From NCBI GenBank assembly GCA_963717365.1, contig OY970327.1, positions 203,599-267,598 of the forward strand: a stretch of DNA of 64,000 bases, in the 5' to 3' direction. The DNA comes from Candidatus Saccharimonadia bacterium (GTDB taxonomy: Bacteria; Patescibacteriota; Saccharimonadia; Saccharimonadales; 2-12-FULL-41-12). Under the pieces are notes generated by a model. That model did no database searches and was not told the DNA's origin. It worked only from the letters and a program-made list of their open reading frames with translations. Shown piece by piece: positions 55,081 to 63,729 of the stretch. A program made the translations under genes and the position numbers. Numbering within the stretch: position 1 is the stretch's first letter; every line of letters begins with the position of its first letter.

Positions 55081-55272
55081 AAATATAAAGAGTGCAGCGA
55101 GAGATCTAGCTTTTTGACCTGCCAGCAACCAATTTGTCTATGCGTGAAGGCCGCGGAAACAAGCAACGGTGCTCCGACTAGTCCCGGGAATTCCTGGGAA
55201 AGATATTGCCATTTACAAAAGTGACTAATGCGTATCCTTCTCTTGAATTATATTTGGGAGAAGGATATTTTT
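55081..55272 (+). promoter_or_regulatory. SAM-I-class riboswitch-like leader upstream of metK (second copy)
   Basis: - Core: the same core as the 37064 leader (GCAGCGAGAGATCTAGCT..TTGACCTGC.AGCAACC ... GGTGCTCC..CTAGT).
- P3: longer than in the first copy.
- P4: TCCCGGG/CCTGGGA, with a compensatory change relative to copy 1.
- P1: AATAT/ATATT.
- Expression platform: hairpin TATCCTTCTC (55233-42) / GAGAAGGATA (55258-67), then TTTTT, then ATG 55273. Confidence 0.7.
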
Positions 55273-56385
55273 ATGCCAATCATTAAACTTTTTACCAGTG
55301 AATCTGTTTGCGCTGGTCATCCGGATAAAATCTGCGATGCTATCAGTGACGCGATTGTGGACGCCGCACTGGCTCAAGATCCGCATAGTCGCACTGGTAT
55401 TGAAACCGTCGCCGGTGCTAACCAGATCAGCCTGTATGGTGAGATAAAAACGACTGCCAAAATAAACTTCGAGGAAATTGTTCGTGGTACCGTTAAGCGG
55501 CTTGGCTACACGGTACCGGCGTGGGGCTTTTCGCAGGAATCTATTTTTAGCAATGATGTTCACCAGCAATCGCCAGAAATTGCGCTGGGCGTGGATCAAG
55601 ACGGTGCCGGCGACCAAGGCATGATGTTTGGTTATGCCTGCACTGAAACAGAAGAACTGCTGCCGTTGCCCATCGCTTTAGCGCACGCTTTAGCAAAACG
55701 AATCGATGATTCACGAATTAGCGGCAAACTAGCCTGGCTCCGCCCGGACGGCAAAGCTCAAGTGACTATCCGTTATGAAGATGACGTACCGGTAGCAGTT
55801 GAAAAACTGGTGGCCGCGGTGGCTCACGATGAAGCGACCGATGCGGCTACAGTTAGAAAACAGGTAATCGAGACTATTTTTGTTCCGATTCTAAAAACAT
55901 ACAAGTTACCGCTGCCAGCTGATGAAGACATTGTGGTGAATGGTACCGGCTTGTGGCATATTCCGGGACCTGAATCTGACGCCGGCTTAACGGGTCGTAA
56001 GATCGTAGTTGATACGTATGGCGGTTATGCTCGGGTTGGTGGCGGTGCTTTTTCAGGTAAAGATCCCAGTAAAGTCGACCGTTCGGGCGCCTACGCCGCC
56101 CGCTATATTGCCAAAAACATTGTGGCCAATAAGCTAGCCACAAAGTGTGAGGTCGGTCTGGCCTACGTTATCGGCCAGCCGCTGCCCTTAATGCAGACAA
56201 TTGAAACTTTTGGCACGGCAAACGTCAGTGACGAAGAACTACACGCCTTTAAGGACAAGCTGATAGATACGTCGGTGAAGGGAATTATTGACCGGCTTGA
56301 TCTGGCTCGGCCAATTTACAGCCAGACTTCTGCCTACGGACACTTTGGCAAAGCCGAGCTACCATGGGAGCAGATAGTCGTCTAG
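55273..56385 (+). CDS. metK: S-adenosylmethionine synthetase (start at MPIIKLFTSES, not the upstream ATG at 55228)
   Basis: FTSESVCAGHPDKICD, GAGDQGMMFGYA, GGGAFSGKDPSKVDRS and AYAARYIAKN are present. The 15 upstream codons of the longer ORF lie inside the leader hairpin. Confidence 0.95.
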   Translation: MPIIKLFTSESVCAGHPDKICDAISDAIVDAALAQDPHSRTGIETVAGANQISLYGEIKTTAKINFEEIVRGTVKRLGYTVPAWGFSQESIFSNDVHQQSPEIALGVDQDGAGDQGMMFGYACTETEELLPLPIALAHALAKRIDDSRISGKLAWLRPDGKAQVTIRYEDDVPVAVEKLVAAVAHDEATDAATVRKQVIETIFVPILKTYKLPLPADEDIVVNGTGLWHIPGPESDAGLTGRKIVVDTYGGYARVGGGAFSGKDPSKVDRSGAYAARYIAKNIVANKLATKCEVGLAYVIGQPLPLMQTIETFGTANVSDEELHAFKDKLIDTSVKGIIDRLDLARPIYSQTSAYGHFGKAELPWEQIVV

Positions 56386-57564
56386 TTAACGAAATGCTCT
56401 ATCTATACCTGCTAACGCTATCGCAGCTGACGTAACCACATTTTCATTAATTAGATGTTCGGCTTTTTGGCCGCTGACGCCCCTGACGCGAATAATGTTA
56501 TTTTTGCCCAGAATACCTTTAAGAAAATGATAAGTCTGATAGCTGAGACCACTATTGTCACCGTTTGCTACCGTTATTGGTATACCATTTCTAGCAATAG
56601 TACGGACATCATTAATAATTGGTTCGGGGTTGGTCAGTCCGTTAAGGTACAGAACTTTAGTCATCCCATTAAGCATTTGCAGATGTGAGAGCAGCTCATT
56701 TTTGTGCTGGTCAACCTGGCGTCGCATACTTACTTCTTCAATTTTTGGCGCGTATTGAGACAATTTTTCATGAGAAGGATTACCGACGCTGCCTTTTATG
56801 GTGAAGCGCTTTAATAAGTCTAAAATATGCTTAGGTCCAAGTATTAACTCTTGAGCAGTGACGCTACCAACCAGCATATCGTTTCTCGGAGCCAAAGCTA
56901 CTGCACTGGCGATAGCGTGACTAGCACCAATTGATGCGCCGTAAAAATGCCTGACGTCTAGCTGTGTTTCACTGCTCGGACCATGCAACATATCTTGCAC
57001 ATGGTTGAAAGCGCTTAGAGCAATTTTGCTGTCACGTGTAAAATCGCCCTTAGAATAATCTATCAGCTCTTTGGCGGAAAAAGCAGTCATTGGCAATGGC
57101 CCAAATATTGTTATAACGGGCATTGGGTAACCCTCGGCCTGTAGTAAGTCGTGTATTGTGCCAGATTTTATTGCCTGGCTCCAGCTATGTGGCTGAGCCC
57201 GGTTAATGTCTAGAAAACTTGGCTCCGGATTATTTACATACTCGGCTATTACCGAAGCGCTAGAGCGCGGAGCAACATCAGAGAAAGGCGCAAAAATCAG
57301 TAAGGCTTGCTTAGACCGAGCGCTGATGCTGTCAACTATAACAGACGCTTCTATAGAAGGGCCGTAGCGGTTAGTTTTAATGGTAAAATAATTCTCAGAT
57401 ATTTCCGCAAAAGCTGCTTCTTTATCTTGTTGATAGACGGTATTTAACTCATCAATACTTACATTTAATGAAGGAAAACGGGTGCGCAGAGGAATATCAT
57501 ATACCAAGGAACGAGTAGCTTTGTTATTATCAACAGTTAGTGTTAACGAACCCTGTCTCTCCAT
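56386..57564 (-). CDS. Hypothetical protein with alpha/beta-hydrolase-like features (392 aa)
   Basis: Pattern: beta-strand LLIFAPFSD, then about 100 aa, then GxSxG-type elbow FYGASIGASHAIASA. Late Asp (VANGDNSG) and His (AEHLI) candidates are present. Its stop codon directly abuts the metK stop, with no intergenic base. Confidence 0.5.
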   Translation of the reverse strand: MERQGSLTLTVDNNKATRSLVYDIPLRTRFPSLNVSIDELNTVYQQDKEAAFAEISENYFTIKTNRYGPSIEASVIVDSISARSKQALLIFAPFSDVAPRSSASVIAEYVNNPEPSFLDINRAQPHSWSQAIKSGTIHDLLQAEGYPMPVITIFGPLPMTAFSAKELIDYSKGDFTRDSKIALSAFNHVQDMLHGPSSETQLDVRHFYGASIGASHAIASAVALAPRNDMLVGSVTAQELILGPKHILDLLKRFTIKGSVGNPSHEKLSQYAPKIEEVSMRRQVDQHKNELLSHLQMLNGMTKVLYLNGLTNPEPIINDVRTIARNGIPITVANGDNSGLSYQTYHFLKGILGKNNIIRVRGVSGQKAEHLINENVVTSAAIALAGIDRAFR

Positions 57565-57587
57565 ACATAATTCCCCTTTATTATCTA

Positions 57588-58748
57588 TTATTGTTCGAAC
57601 GCAAATTCTTCAGCAGACCAGCGAAGTGATGGTATGTGAGTATGGTCTGCATGGCTGCCGTTTGTAACCAGGCCGGTAACGTTGTTGCTGTCACGGCTCA
57701 ACGCAGAAACATATCGGATAAACTGCTCAGGTCGGTGCGGCTCAACAGTATACAACCTATCCCTACTAGTGAAGTGCCAGGTAACTTTAGCGTCGGGTTG
57801 GCGGTGCAGCGCCCGGACACTATCATATGCTGCCGGCAATCTACCTTTTCTACGCGGATCAGGCCCACGGCTGTAAGCTACGCAATCAGTTCTGAGCTTT
57901 GCAACCATAGCAAGTTTTCCAAGTCTTTCGGCATCGATCGAATCAATGACAGGTTTCAGCTTTGTTTTTGCTTCGTCAACCATTTCATCAATCAAAGCCC
58001 ATTCGTCCTTGCTTCGTTCCTTGTTTTTATTGTTGGCTCTTGTTTCTAAAACCAGCATTCGATAGCCCAGTGCTATAGCGCTTTGATCTACTAAATTGGG
58101 CCGACCCTTCATATAGGCGTGCGTTACTGTACCTTCGGGCAACTCATACATAAGAGCCGTTAACATATTTGCGCCGCTTGAATTTGATGATAAACGGTCT
58201 GTTACAACGCCTTTGCTTTCTAAGGCTCTCTTTAATGCCCTAATGGTCGGGATTGCTTTAGTAATTGGACGGTCACCATCAAAGTCATCGTAGGTAAAGC
58301 GACCGCGTGTTTTTACATATCGTTGTTCCTCAGCAGATAAGTAACTACTGAAACCATTACCTGCAGACGCAATATACAACCGAGGTTTTTCAGCCCGCAA
58401 GGCGGCATGTTCAGCAAATTCGACGGCATTGCCAGGGTTACTACTAATAGCTGAGTTGTAAGTGGAAAATTCAGTGTCAAACGGCCCATCTTCTAAGCTG
58501 TCAACGCCGCTATAGGTAATTTCAAAATTCTGGTAAGTTTCTGGGTCGGTTATAACTTGCAAATGCTTAACGGTTTGTCTGAGTGCTGCTTCATAAGATC
58601 CCTTTGAGGGAATTGTTACGCGAGGAATCATTATATTTTGATGATCGTCACGTCGGTTAGTAGCTAGTTGTATAGCTTCAAATTCCGTTTCATTTCCCAG
58701 CGGTAGCGCCAATTTCGATTGTTCGATAGCAAGATTAAATTTGTTCAT
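57588..58748 (-). CDS. Hypothetical protein, distant tandem paralogue of the 56386 product (386 aa)
   Basis: Same length class and layout: LYIASAGNG, then about 60 aa, then the elbow-like LSSNSSGANMLTALM, then the late motifs TSRDRL and HADHTH. It lies 23 nt upstream of its neighbour on the same strand. Confidence 0.5.
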   Translation of the reverse strand: MNKFNLAIEQSKLALPLGNETEFEAIQLATNRRDDHQNIMIPRVTIPSKGSYEAALRQTVKHLQVITDPETYQNFEITYSGVDSLEDGPFDTEFSTYNSAISSNPGNAVEFAEHAALRAEKPRLYIASAGNGFSSYLSAEEQRYVKTRGRFTYDDFDGDRPITKAIPTIRALKRALESKGVVTDRLSSNSSGANMLTALMYELPEGTVTHAYMKGRPNLVDQSAIALGYRMLVLETRANNKNKERSKDEWALIDEMVDEAKTKLKPVIDSIDAERLGKLAMVAKLRTDCVAYSRGPDPRRKGRLPAAYDSVRALHRQPDAKVTWHFTSRDRLYTVEPHRPEQFIRYVSALSRDSNNVTGLVTNGSHADHTHIPSLRWSAEEFAFEQ

Positions 58749-58882
58749 AAGATAAAAGTAGGCTCTGAGTTAATATACATATTTATATATTATATCACAT
58801 TTGTCATTATACTCCAGTTATGGTTAGTCTTCTATGTCCCAAGGTTGGCACTTTCACCTGATTGCCGCTACAATACAGACAA

Positions 58883-59809
58883 ATGATTACCAACTACCAC
58901 AGTTCGGCGCGTGCTCGCACGCTTTCAGTTATTGATGAGCCAAAAGCCGGCTCTTGGTGCCACGTTGTTCAACCTAGCACTGAAGAGCTAGACTATGTGG
59001 CTGAAAAATTTGGCTTAGAGCGTGATATTCTGAACGACGCTATTGATGTCTACGAAGCTCCTCGTGTCGAAGTAGATAATGGCGCCACTTACGTTTTTGC
59101 TCGCTACTGCCGCCCGGAAGACCCCGATATTCCAACTGATCCAATCCTTATTGTTCATACCGACAAGGCAATCGTTACTATTATGCGCTCTAACGACAGT
59201 GTCCTTGAGCAGATAATAAACGGCGCTGTGCCCGTTCTAACAACTCAAAAGACTAAAACATTTCTCCACATTCTGGCGCAAATTAACCGTAGCTATCGTT
59301 TGCAGCTAAATGTTATTGCTAAGCAGATTTTGAGTTTCCGCTCACAGTTGCGCAGGCAAGATGTCTCTAGCGTAGAAATTCTCCGTTTTATTGAACTAGA
59401 AGAGGACCTGAACGAGTTTTTGTCAGCCCTGCAGCCACAAGGCTTAGTGCTAAAAGCTCTGGAATCTGGTAAATACATGCGCTTGTACGAGGATGACCGT
59501 GATCTGGTAGAAGATATCATGCTGAACACTAGCGAGCTCAACGAACTTACAAAATCGCGCCTGCGCTCAGTAGTTAACATTCGCCAAGCTTATGATGCAA
59601 TCGCCACCAATAACTTGAACAAAACCTTCCGCCGCTTAACTTCAATTGCTATATTTCTGGCCATACCCACCATTATTGGTGGGCTGTTTGGCATGAACGT
59701 ACGGTTGCCACTGCAGGATTATAAGTATGCTTTTGTGGTAGTACTGATCCTGATTGCTGTTTCAATGTTTTTGTTTGTCCGTTATTTCCGCAAACGCAAC
59801 TGGCTCTGA
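58883..59809 (+). CDS. corA: CorA-family Mg2+/Co2+ transporter (start set at ATG 58883)
   Basis: Two C-terminal TM helices with the GMN signature (GGLFGMNVRLP). The cytoplasmic alpha/beta funnel domain has a typical length. Confidence 0.85.
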   Translation: MITNYHSSARARTLSVIDEPKAGSWCHVVQPSTEELDYVAEKFGLERDILNDAIDVYEAPRVEVDNGATYVFARYCRPEDPDIPTDPILIVHTDKAIVTIMRSNDSVLEQIINGAVPVLTTQKTKTFLHILAQINRSYRLQLNVIAKQILSFRSQLRRQDVSSVEILRFIELEEDLNEFLSALQPQGLVLKALESGKYMRLYEDDRDLVEDIMLNTSELNELTKSRLRSVVNIRQAYDAIATNNLNKTFRRLTSIAIFLAIPTIIGGLFGMNVRLPLQDYKYAFVVVLILIAVSMFLFVRYFRKRNWL

Positions 59810-59911
59810 TTTACTTTTTTAGCAATGAGCGTCGGAGTACTATATCTGCGTTTCATTAAGTTTTCATGAAACACAGGTATAGTACCCAAAACTGTGCAAC
59901 GCGTCTCCTCG

Positions 59912-59940
59912 TTGCAAAACATTAGCAAGTATGCTATAAT
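59912..59940 (+). promoter_or_regulatory. Candidate sigma70-type promoter TTGCAA-17-TATAAT upstream of typA
   Basis: -35 at 59912-59917, an exact 17-nt spacer, and a consensus -10 at 59935-59940, about 49 nt upstream of the TTG start at 59989. Confidence 0.5.
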
Positions 59941-59988
59941 TTAAGTAATAATTACCTCTATAAATGTAAACAAAAAGGTCTGTTTATT

Positions 59989-61824
59989 TTGTCGAAAACA
60001 ATTCAAGATCCTACTAAAATTCGCAATATTGCCGTGATTGCTCACGTGGACCACGGTAAAACCACGTTGGTTGACGGCTTACTTAAACAGTCAAAAACCT
60101 TTCGTGAAAATCAGGCCGAGATGAGCCAAGATTTAATTATGGACAGCGGCGACCAAGAAAAAGAGCGTGGTATCACTATCACCGCCAAAGTTACAGCCGT
60201 TCAGCATGGCGACTACCGAGTTAATATTATTGATACTCCCGGACACGCCGACTTCAGCGGGGAAGTAGAGCGCACACTTAACATGGCCGATGGCTGCCTG
60301 CTGATTGTTGACGCTCAAGAAGGCCCCATGCCGCAGACCAAATTTGTATTAAGCAAGGCGTTAGCCGCCGAACTTAAGCCAATCGTCATTATTAACAAAA
60401 TTGATAAGTCAGGTTCTCGAGTTAAGGAAGTAGAAGACGAGTTAGCTGACTTATTTCTCGAATTAGCCGTTCACGAAGACCAACTGCACTACCCGGTCTA
60501 TTACGCAATTGGCCGTGAAGGTAAGGCCTGGGCAAAAATGCCAGAAGATCCCACTGTAGATGGTGGTCTGGAAGATATTTTTACGGCTATTGCCGAACAT
60601 ATACCAGCACCGGAAGTTGAAGTAGATAAGCCCTTTCAGATGCTGATTACCGCACTAGCCTGGGATACGTTTAAAGGCAAGTACTCGGTTGGCCGTATTA
60701 CTAGGGGCAATGTAAAGGCCGGTAGTCAGGTAGCATTATGTAAAAAAGACGGTACCATTCAAAAAGGCAAAATTGACTTGGTATTTATGAGTCATGGCGT
60801 CAGCAAATTTGAAGTTCCAGAAGGTGTAGCTGGCGATATTGTACAGCTAACCGGCCTGTCTGATGCTCAAATTGGGGAAACGATTACCGACATTGATACC
60901 CCTGATGCGTTACCGGTACTTGAAGTTGAAGCACCAACGTTGAGAATTTATTTAGGTCCGAACACCAGCCCACTAAAAGGCACCGAGGCAGAATTTAACA
61001 CCAGCCGCCAGATTGGCGACCGACTTAAAAAAGAACTTGAAATCAATGTGGGGCTGCAGGTGAGCGAAGAAGGAATCGGCTTTTTGGTTGCCGGCCGCGG
61101 AGAACTGCACTTGAGCGTTTTGATCGAAACAATGCGCCGAGAAGGCTTTGAATTCGAAGTTGGTCGACCGCAGGTAGTTACCCGTGACAATAAGGGTGTA
61201 ACAGAAGAGCCAATCGAAGAACTAATTGTGGAAGTCCCTGCCGAGCACGTTGGTACTGTCCAACAAGAACTAGGGGCTCGGCGGGCGACGCTTAAAGAAC
61301 AGTTCGCCAGTCCTAAAGGCGTCACTAAGCTGATTTATGAACTTCCAACTCGGTCTTTACTGGGTGCTAAGGGTTTGCTTTTAACCAATACTAAAGGCAC
61401 TGTCATTATGCACAGCCTGATGGCCGGTTATAAACCAGAGGGTCAGGCACTCCAGCAACTGCGCAATGGCACATTAATTTCTTATGAACCTGGTACGACT
61501 ACGCCGTATGCACTGCAAAATGTCGAAGCTCGTGGTATTTGTTTTATTGGCCCCGGCGAAAAAGTTTATGCCGGGCAGATCATCGGTCTTAATACTCGAG
61601 GTGAGGACATGGAAATTAATGTCTGTCGAGCTAAGCAACTAACTAACATGCGAAGCTCTAGTAGCGATGGCGTTGTTCAGTTGACGCCACCAACTATTTT
61701 TAGCCTTGAACAATGCTTAGATTTTCTTGAAAAAGACGAATTATTGGAAGTTACGCCAAAAAGTCTGCGCCTGCGTAAGCGTGAACTTGATCCAAATAAA
61801 AGAAAACGCGCAAATGCTAAATAA
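59989..61824 (+). CDS. typA: Translational GTPase TypA/BipA
   Basis: IRNIAVIAHVDHGKTTLVD, DTPGHADFSGEVER and NKIDK, with a full-length TypA-type domain order. The TTG start is inferred because there is no ATG upstream of the G1 motif. Confidence 0.95.
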   Translation: MSKTIQDPTKIRNIAVIAHVDHGKTTLVDGLLKQSKTFRENQAEMSQDLIMDSGDQEKERGITITAKVTAVQHGDYRVNIIDTPGHADFSGEVERTLNMADGCLLIVDAQEGPMPQTKFVLSKALAAELKPIVIINKIDKSGSRVKEVEDELADLFLELAVHEDQLHYPVYYAIGREGKAWAKMPEDPTVDGGLEDIFTAIAEHIPAPEVEVDKPFQMLITALAWDTFKGKYSVGRITRGNVKAGSQVALCKKDGTIQKGKIDLVFMSHGVSKFEVPEGVAGDIVQLTGLSDAQIGETITDIDTPDALPVLEVEAPTLRIYLGPNTSPLKGTEAEFNTSRQIGDRLKKELEINVGLQVSEEGIGFLVAGRGELHLSVLIETMRREGFEFEVGRPQVVTRDNKGVTEEPIEELIVEVPAEHVGTVQQELGARRATLKEQFASPKGVTKLIYELPTRSLLGAKGLLLTNTKGTVIMHSLMAGYKPEGQALQQLRNGTLISYEPGTTTPYALQNVEARGICFIGPGEKVYAGQIIGLNTRGEDMEINVCRAKQLTNMRSSSSDGVVQLTPPTIFSLEQCLDFLEKDELLEVTPKSLRLRKRELDPNKRKRANAK

Positions 61825-61883
61825 TCGCTTGCGATTTTAAAAAAACGAGCATACAGTAATACATGGAAGTGTGAGGCTTCCCA

Positions 61884-61917
61884 AGAACCTGGCTATACAG
61901 CCGGGTTCTATTAATTT
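61884..61917 (+). terminator. Terminator-like hairpin after typA
   Basis: An 11-bp stem AGAACCTGGCT/AGCCGGGTTCT (one G-U pair) with loop ATAC, followed by ATTAATTT. The U-tract is weak. Confidence 0.45.
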
Positions 61918-61938
61918 GCTATACTGTTCTTATCTCGT

Positions 61939-63219
61939 ATGTACCAAAATAAACACCAATCCTCACCAGTAAATTACAAAAATTCTAAACCAGTCATCTT
62001 TACTTTGATTGGTGCAGGAATACTATTCTCGGTTATATCATTACTAGCCGGCTTTGGGGTGTTACTGCCAGTGATCGGAATTGCTTTGTTTGTAGCGTGG
62101 AAGAAGCTAGAAGCAAAACAGTTGGAAGCTAAGATTTTTGCAGAAAAAAATGGGTTAGACTTTCAGACGTTATTAAAACCAGCTTTAACAGGAGTAGACG
62201 GTGTTATTTTTGATGAAGCAATTCGTATAGGCGATGCCTATTTTACCCCATGGATTGCTTCGGGGAACTTACAGGACTACGATTTTCGCCTATATGAGTA
62301 TATGTTTGCTTCGGCCGATAGTAGCTCCCGGTCAGATTCGGTTTTTACAGTCGCAGAGTTCACGCTTGACGGGGAAGGCTTACAGTTTTTACTAGTTTCA
62401 AAAACTAACCGGAGTGTCTTAAATCATAAATCAATAAGCCTTCATGAGTATGATCTAGAGGGTGATTTTGGTTCGTATTTTACGCTTTATGGACCAAAAG
62501 ACGCAGAAAATGAAATTTTGCGCATCTTTAACCCCGGCAACATGGCGTACCTGATTGACAACTATAAAGATTACAATATCGAGTTAACTCCACAGCATTT
62601 ATACGTATATGTAACAACACCGACTGGGAAGATCTTAGATGCTCAAGATTACCAAGACATTCTACACAGATTAACCATCTTAAATAGTGAACTATTCAAA
62701 GATATTGAGCGGATAGACTTTTCAAAGGAAGCCATTGTGACGACTGAATTAAAACTACCAGCTAAAGGCAGCCGCATTACTCGCAGTATCTCAACAAAAA
62801 CCACTATTATAATGACCACGTTTTTTATTGGAATGGCTGTTTCTGTCTTTTTATTGATGTGGATTGAGAACAGGATACCAAATGGTTATGTCCAATCTTC
62901 GCAGGCTATAGTAGCTAAGCGTCAAGAAATACCTTGCAGAGGTTCGTCTGATTCCTGCAACTCTTACCTGGTAACTATTGATTACCAAGCAAACGGCCAA
63001 AAATATACAACAAAGCAAGAAGCTGTCCGCCAATATCAAGTCGGCGAGCGCCTGGATAGTGTGTATTACAACTCAGCCAATCCATCCCGAGTTAAAGTCA
63101 AAGGTATTAATTCAAGTAAATATGGCATGTCGGTTTTTATTGGATTCTTTGTTTTATTTGGAGTTATGCTGGCATGGGTTCTTCTTTCAGCCCATTCCAA
63201 AAAACGTAAAAGCAAATAA
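61939..63219 (+). CDS. Membrane protein with a C-terminal DUF3592-like domain (N-terminal part DUF3137-like)
   Basis: N-terminal TM hairpin, a central soluble region, a TM (IIMTTFFIGMAVSVFLLMWI), then ...YLVTIDYQANGQKYTTKQEAVRQYQVGERLDSVYYNSANPSRVKV and a final TM. The family names are from recollection. Confidence 0.55.
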   Translation: MYQNKHQSSPVNYKNSKPVIFTLIGAGILFSVISLLAGFGVLLPVIGIALFVAWKKLEAKQLEAKIFAEKNGLDFQTLLKPALTGVDGVIFDEAIRIGDAYFTPWIASGNLQDYDFRLYEYMFASADSSSRSDSVFTVAEFTLDGEGLQFLLVSKTNRSVLNHKSISLHEYDLEGDFGSYFTLYGPKDAENEILRIFNPGNMAYLIDNYKDYNIELTPQHLYVYVTTPTGKILDAQDYQDILHRLTILNSELFKDIERIDFSKEAIVTTELKLPAKGSRITRSISTKTTIIMTTFFIGMAVSVFLLMWIENRIPNGYVQSSQAIVAKRQEIPCRGSSDSCNSYLVTIDYQANGQKYTTKQEAVRQYQVGERLDSVYYNSANPSRVKVKGINSSKYGMSVFIGFFVLFGVMLAWVLLSAHSKKRKSK

Positions 63220-63220
63220 G

Positions 63221-63661
63221 TTATTTTTTTTGGCAGTTGCTGCAGACACCCTTAATATCGAGTTGGTGATCAGTGATGAAAAAGTCATGCTTGGCCGCAA
63301 GCTTTGCAAGTAAGGTTTCAAGCTTCTCATCGTAGTGCGTAGCATGCGTTTCGCTGCACTTTACGCAGGTGATGTGGTGGTGGTGCCCATGAAAATCATC
63401 ACTTAATTCTAATTTATATTTCCAGCCAATATGCATTCGGCGGATAATTCCAATTTTTTCAAGTAATTTAACTGAACGATACACACTGGCGCGATCAGCA
63501 TAATCTTCGGTAAGTCTAATGAGGTCGTGCATAGTCAGCGGCGTGTGCCCGTTTTTGTAGAGCATGCCAAAAACTGCTGAGCGAGCCGTAGTATCGCTGG
63601 CCTTAGCTGCTTTCAGTTTCTTATGGTATAGATCATGCGCATACGGCGTTAAGTCGGACAT
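63221..63661 (-). CDS. Fur-family metalloregulator (Zur-like by context); start set at MSDLTPYAH
   Basis: Winged-helix N-terminus (LTMHDLIR...ASVYRSVKLLEKIGIIRR). Metal sites HGHHHHITCVKC and GVCSNC are present. It is divergent from a ZIP transporter gene. Confidence 0.85.
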   Translation of the reverse strand: MSDLTPYAHDLYHKKLKAAKASDTTARSAVFGMLYKNGHTPLTMHDLIRLTEDYADRASVYRSVKLLEKIGIIRRMHIGWKYKLELSDDFHGHHHHITCVKCSETHATHYDEKLETLLAKLAAKHDFFITDHQLDIKGVCSNCQKK

Positions 63662-63662
63662 A

Positions 63663-63699
63663 TTGCAACAAGTGTAATAAAATTGCGACACTTTTGCAA
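63663..63699. promoter_or_regulatory. Imperfect inverted repeat, candidate Fur-family operator
   Basis: TTGCAACAAGTGT (63663-75) and ACACTTTTGCAA (63688-99) are reverse complements apart from one extra base. They lie in the 68-nt divergent intergenic region. Confidence 0.4.
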
Positions 63700-63729
63700 A
63701 ATAAAAAAAGCAACTATATAGTGTGAGCT

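Noticed and set aside
55225-55617. A 130-aa minus-strand ORF and the 15-codon N-terminal extension of metK (ATG 55228)
   Set aside because: Both overlap the riboswitch expression platform. The conserved MetK N-terminus starts at MPIIKLFTSES (55273), right after the SD-containing hairpin.
58749-58882. Mg2+ (M-box) riboswitch upstream of corA
   Set aside because: The 134-nt leader is too short and shows none of the conserved M-box helices or motifs that I can recognise.
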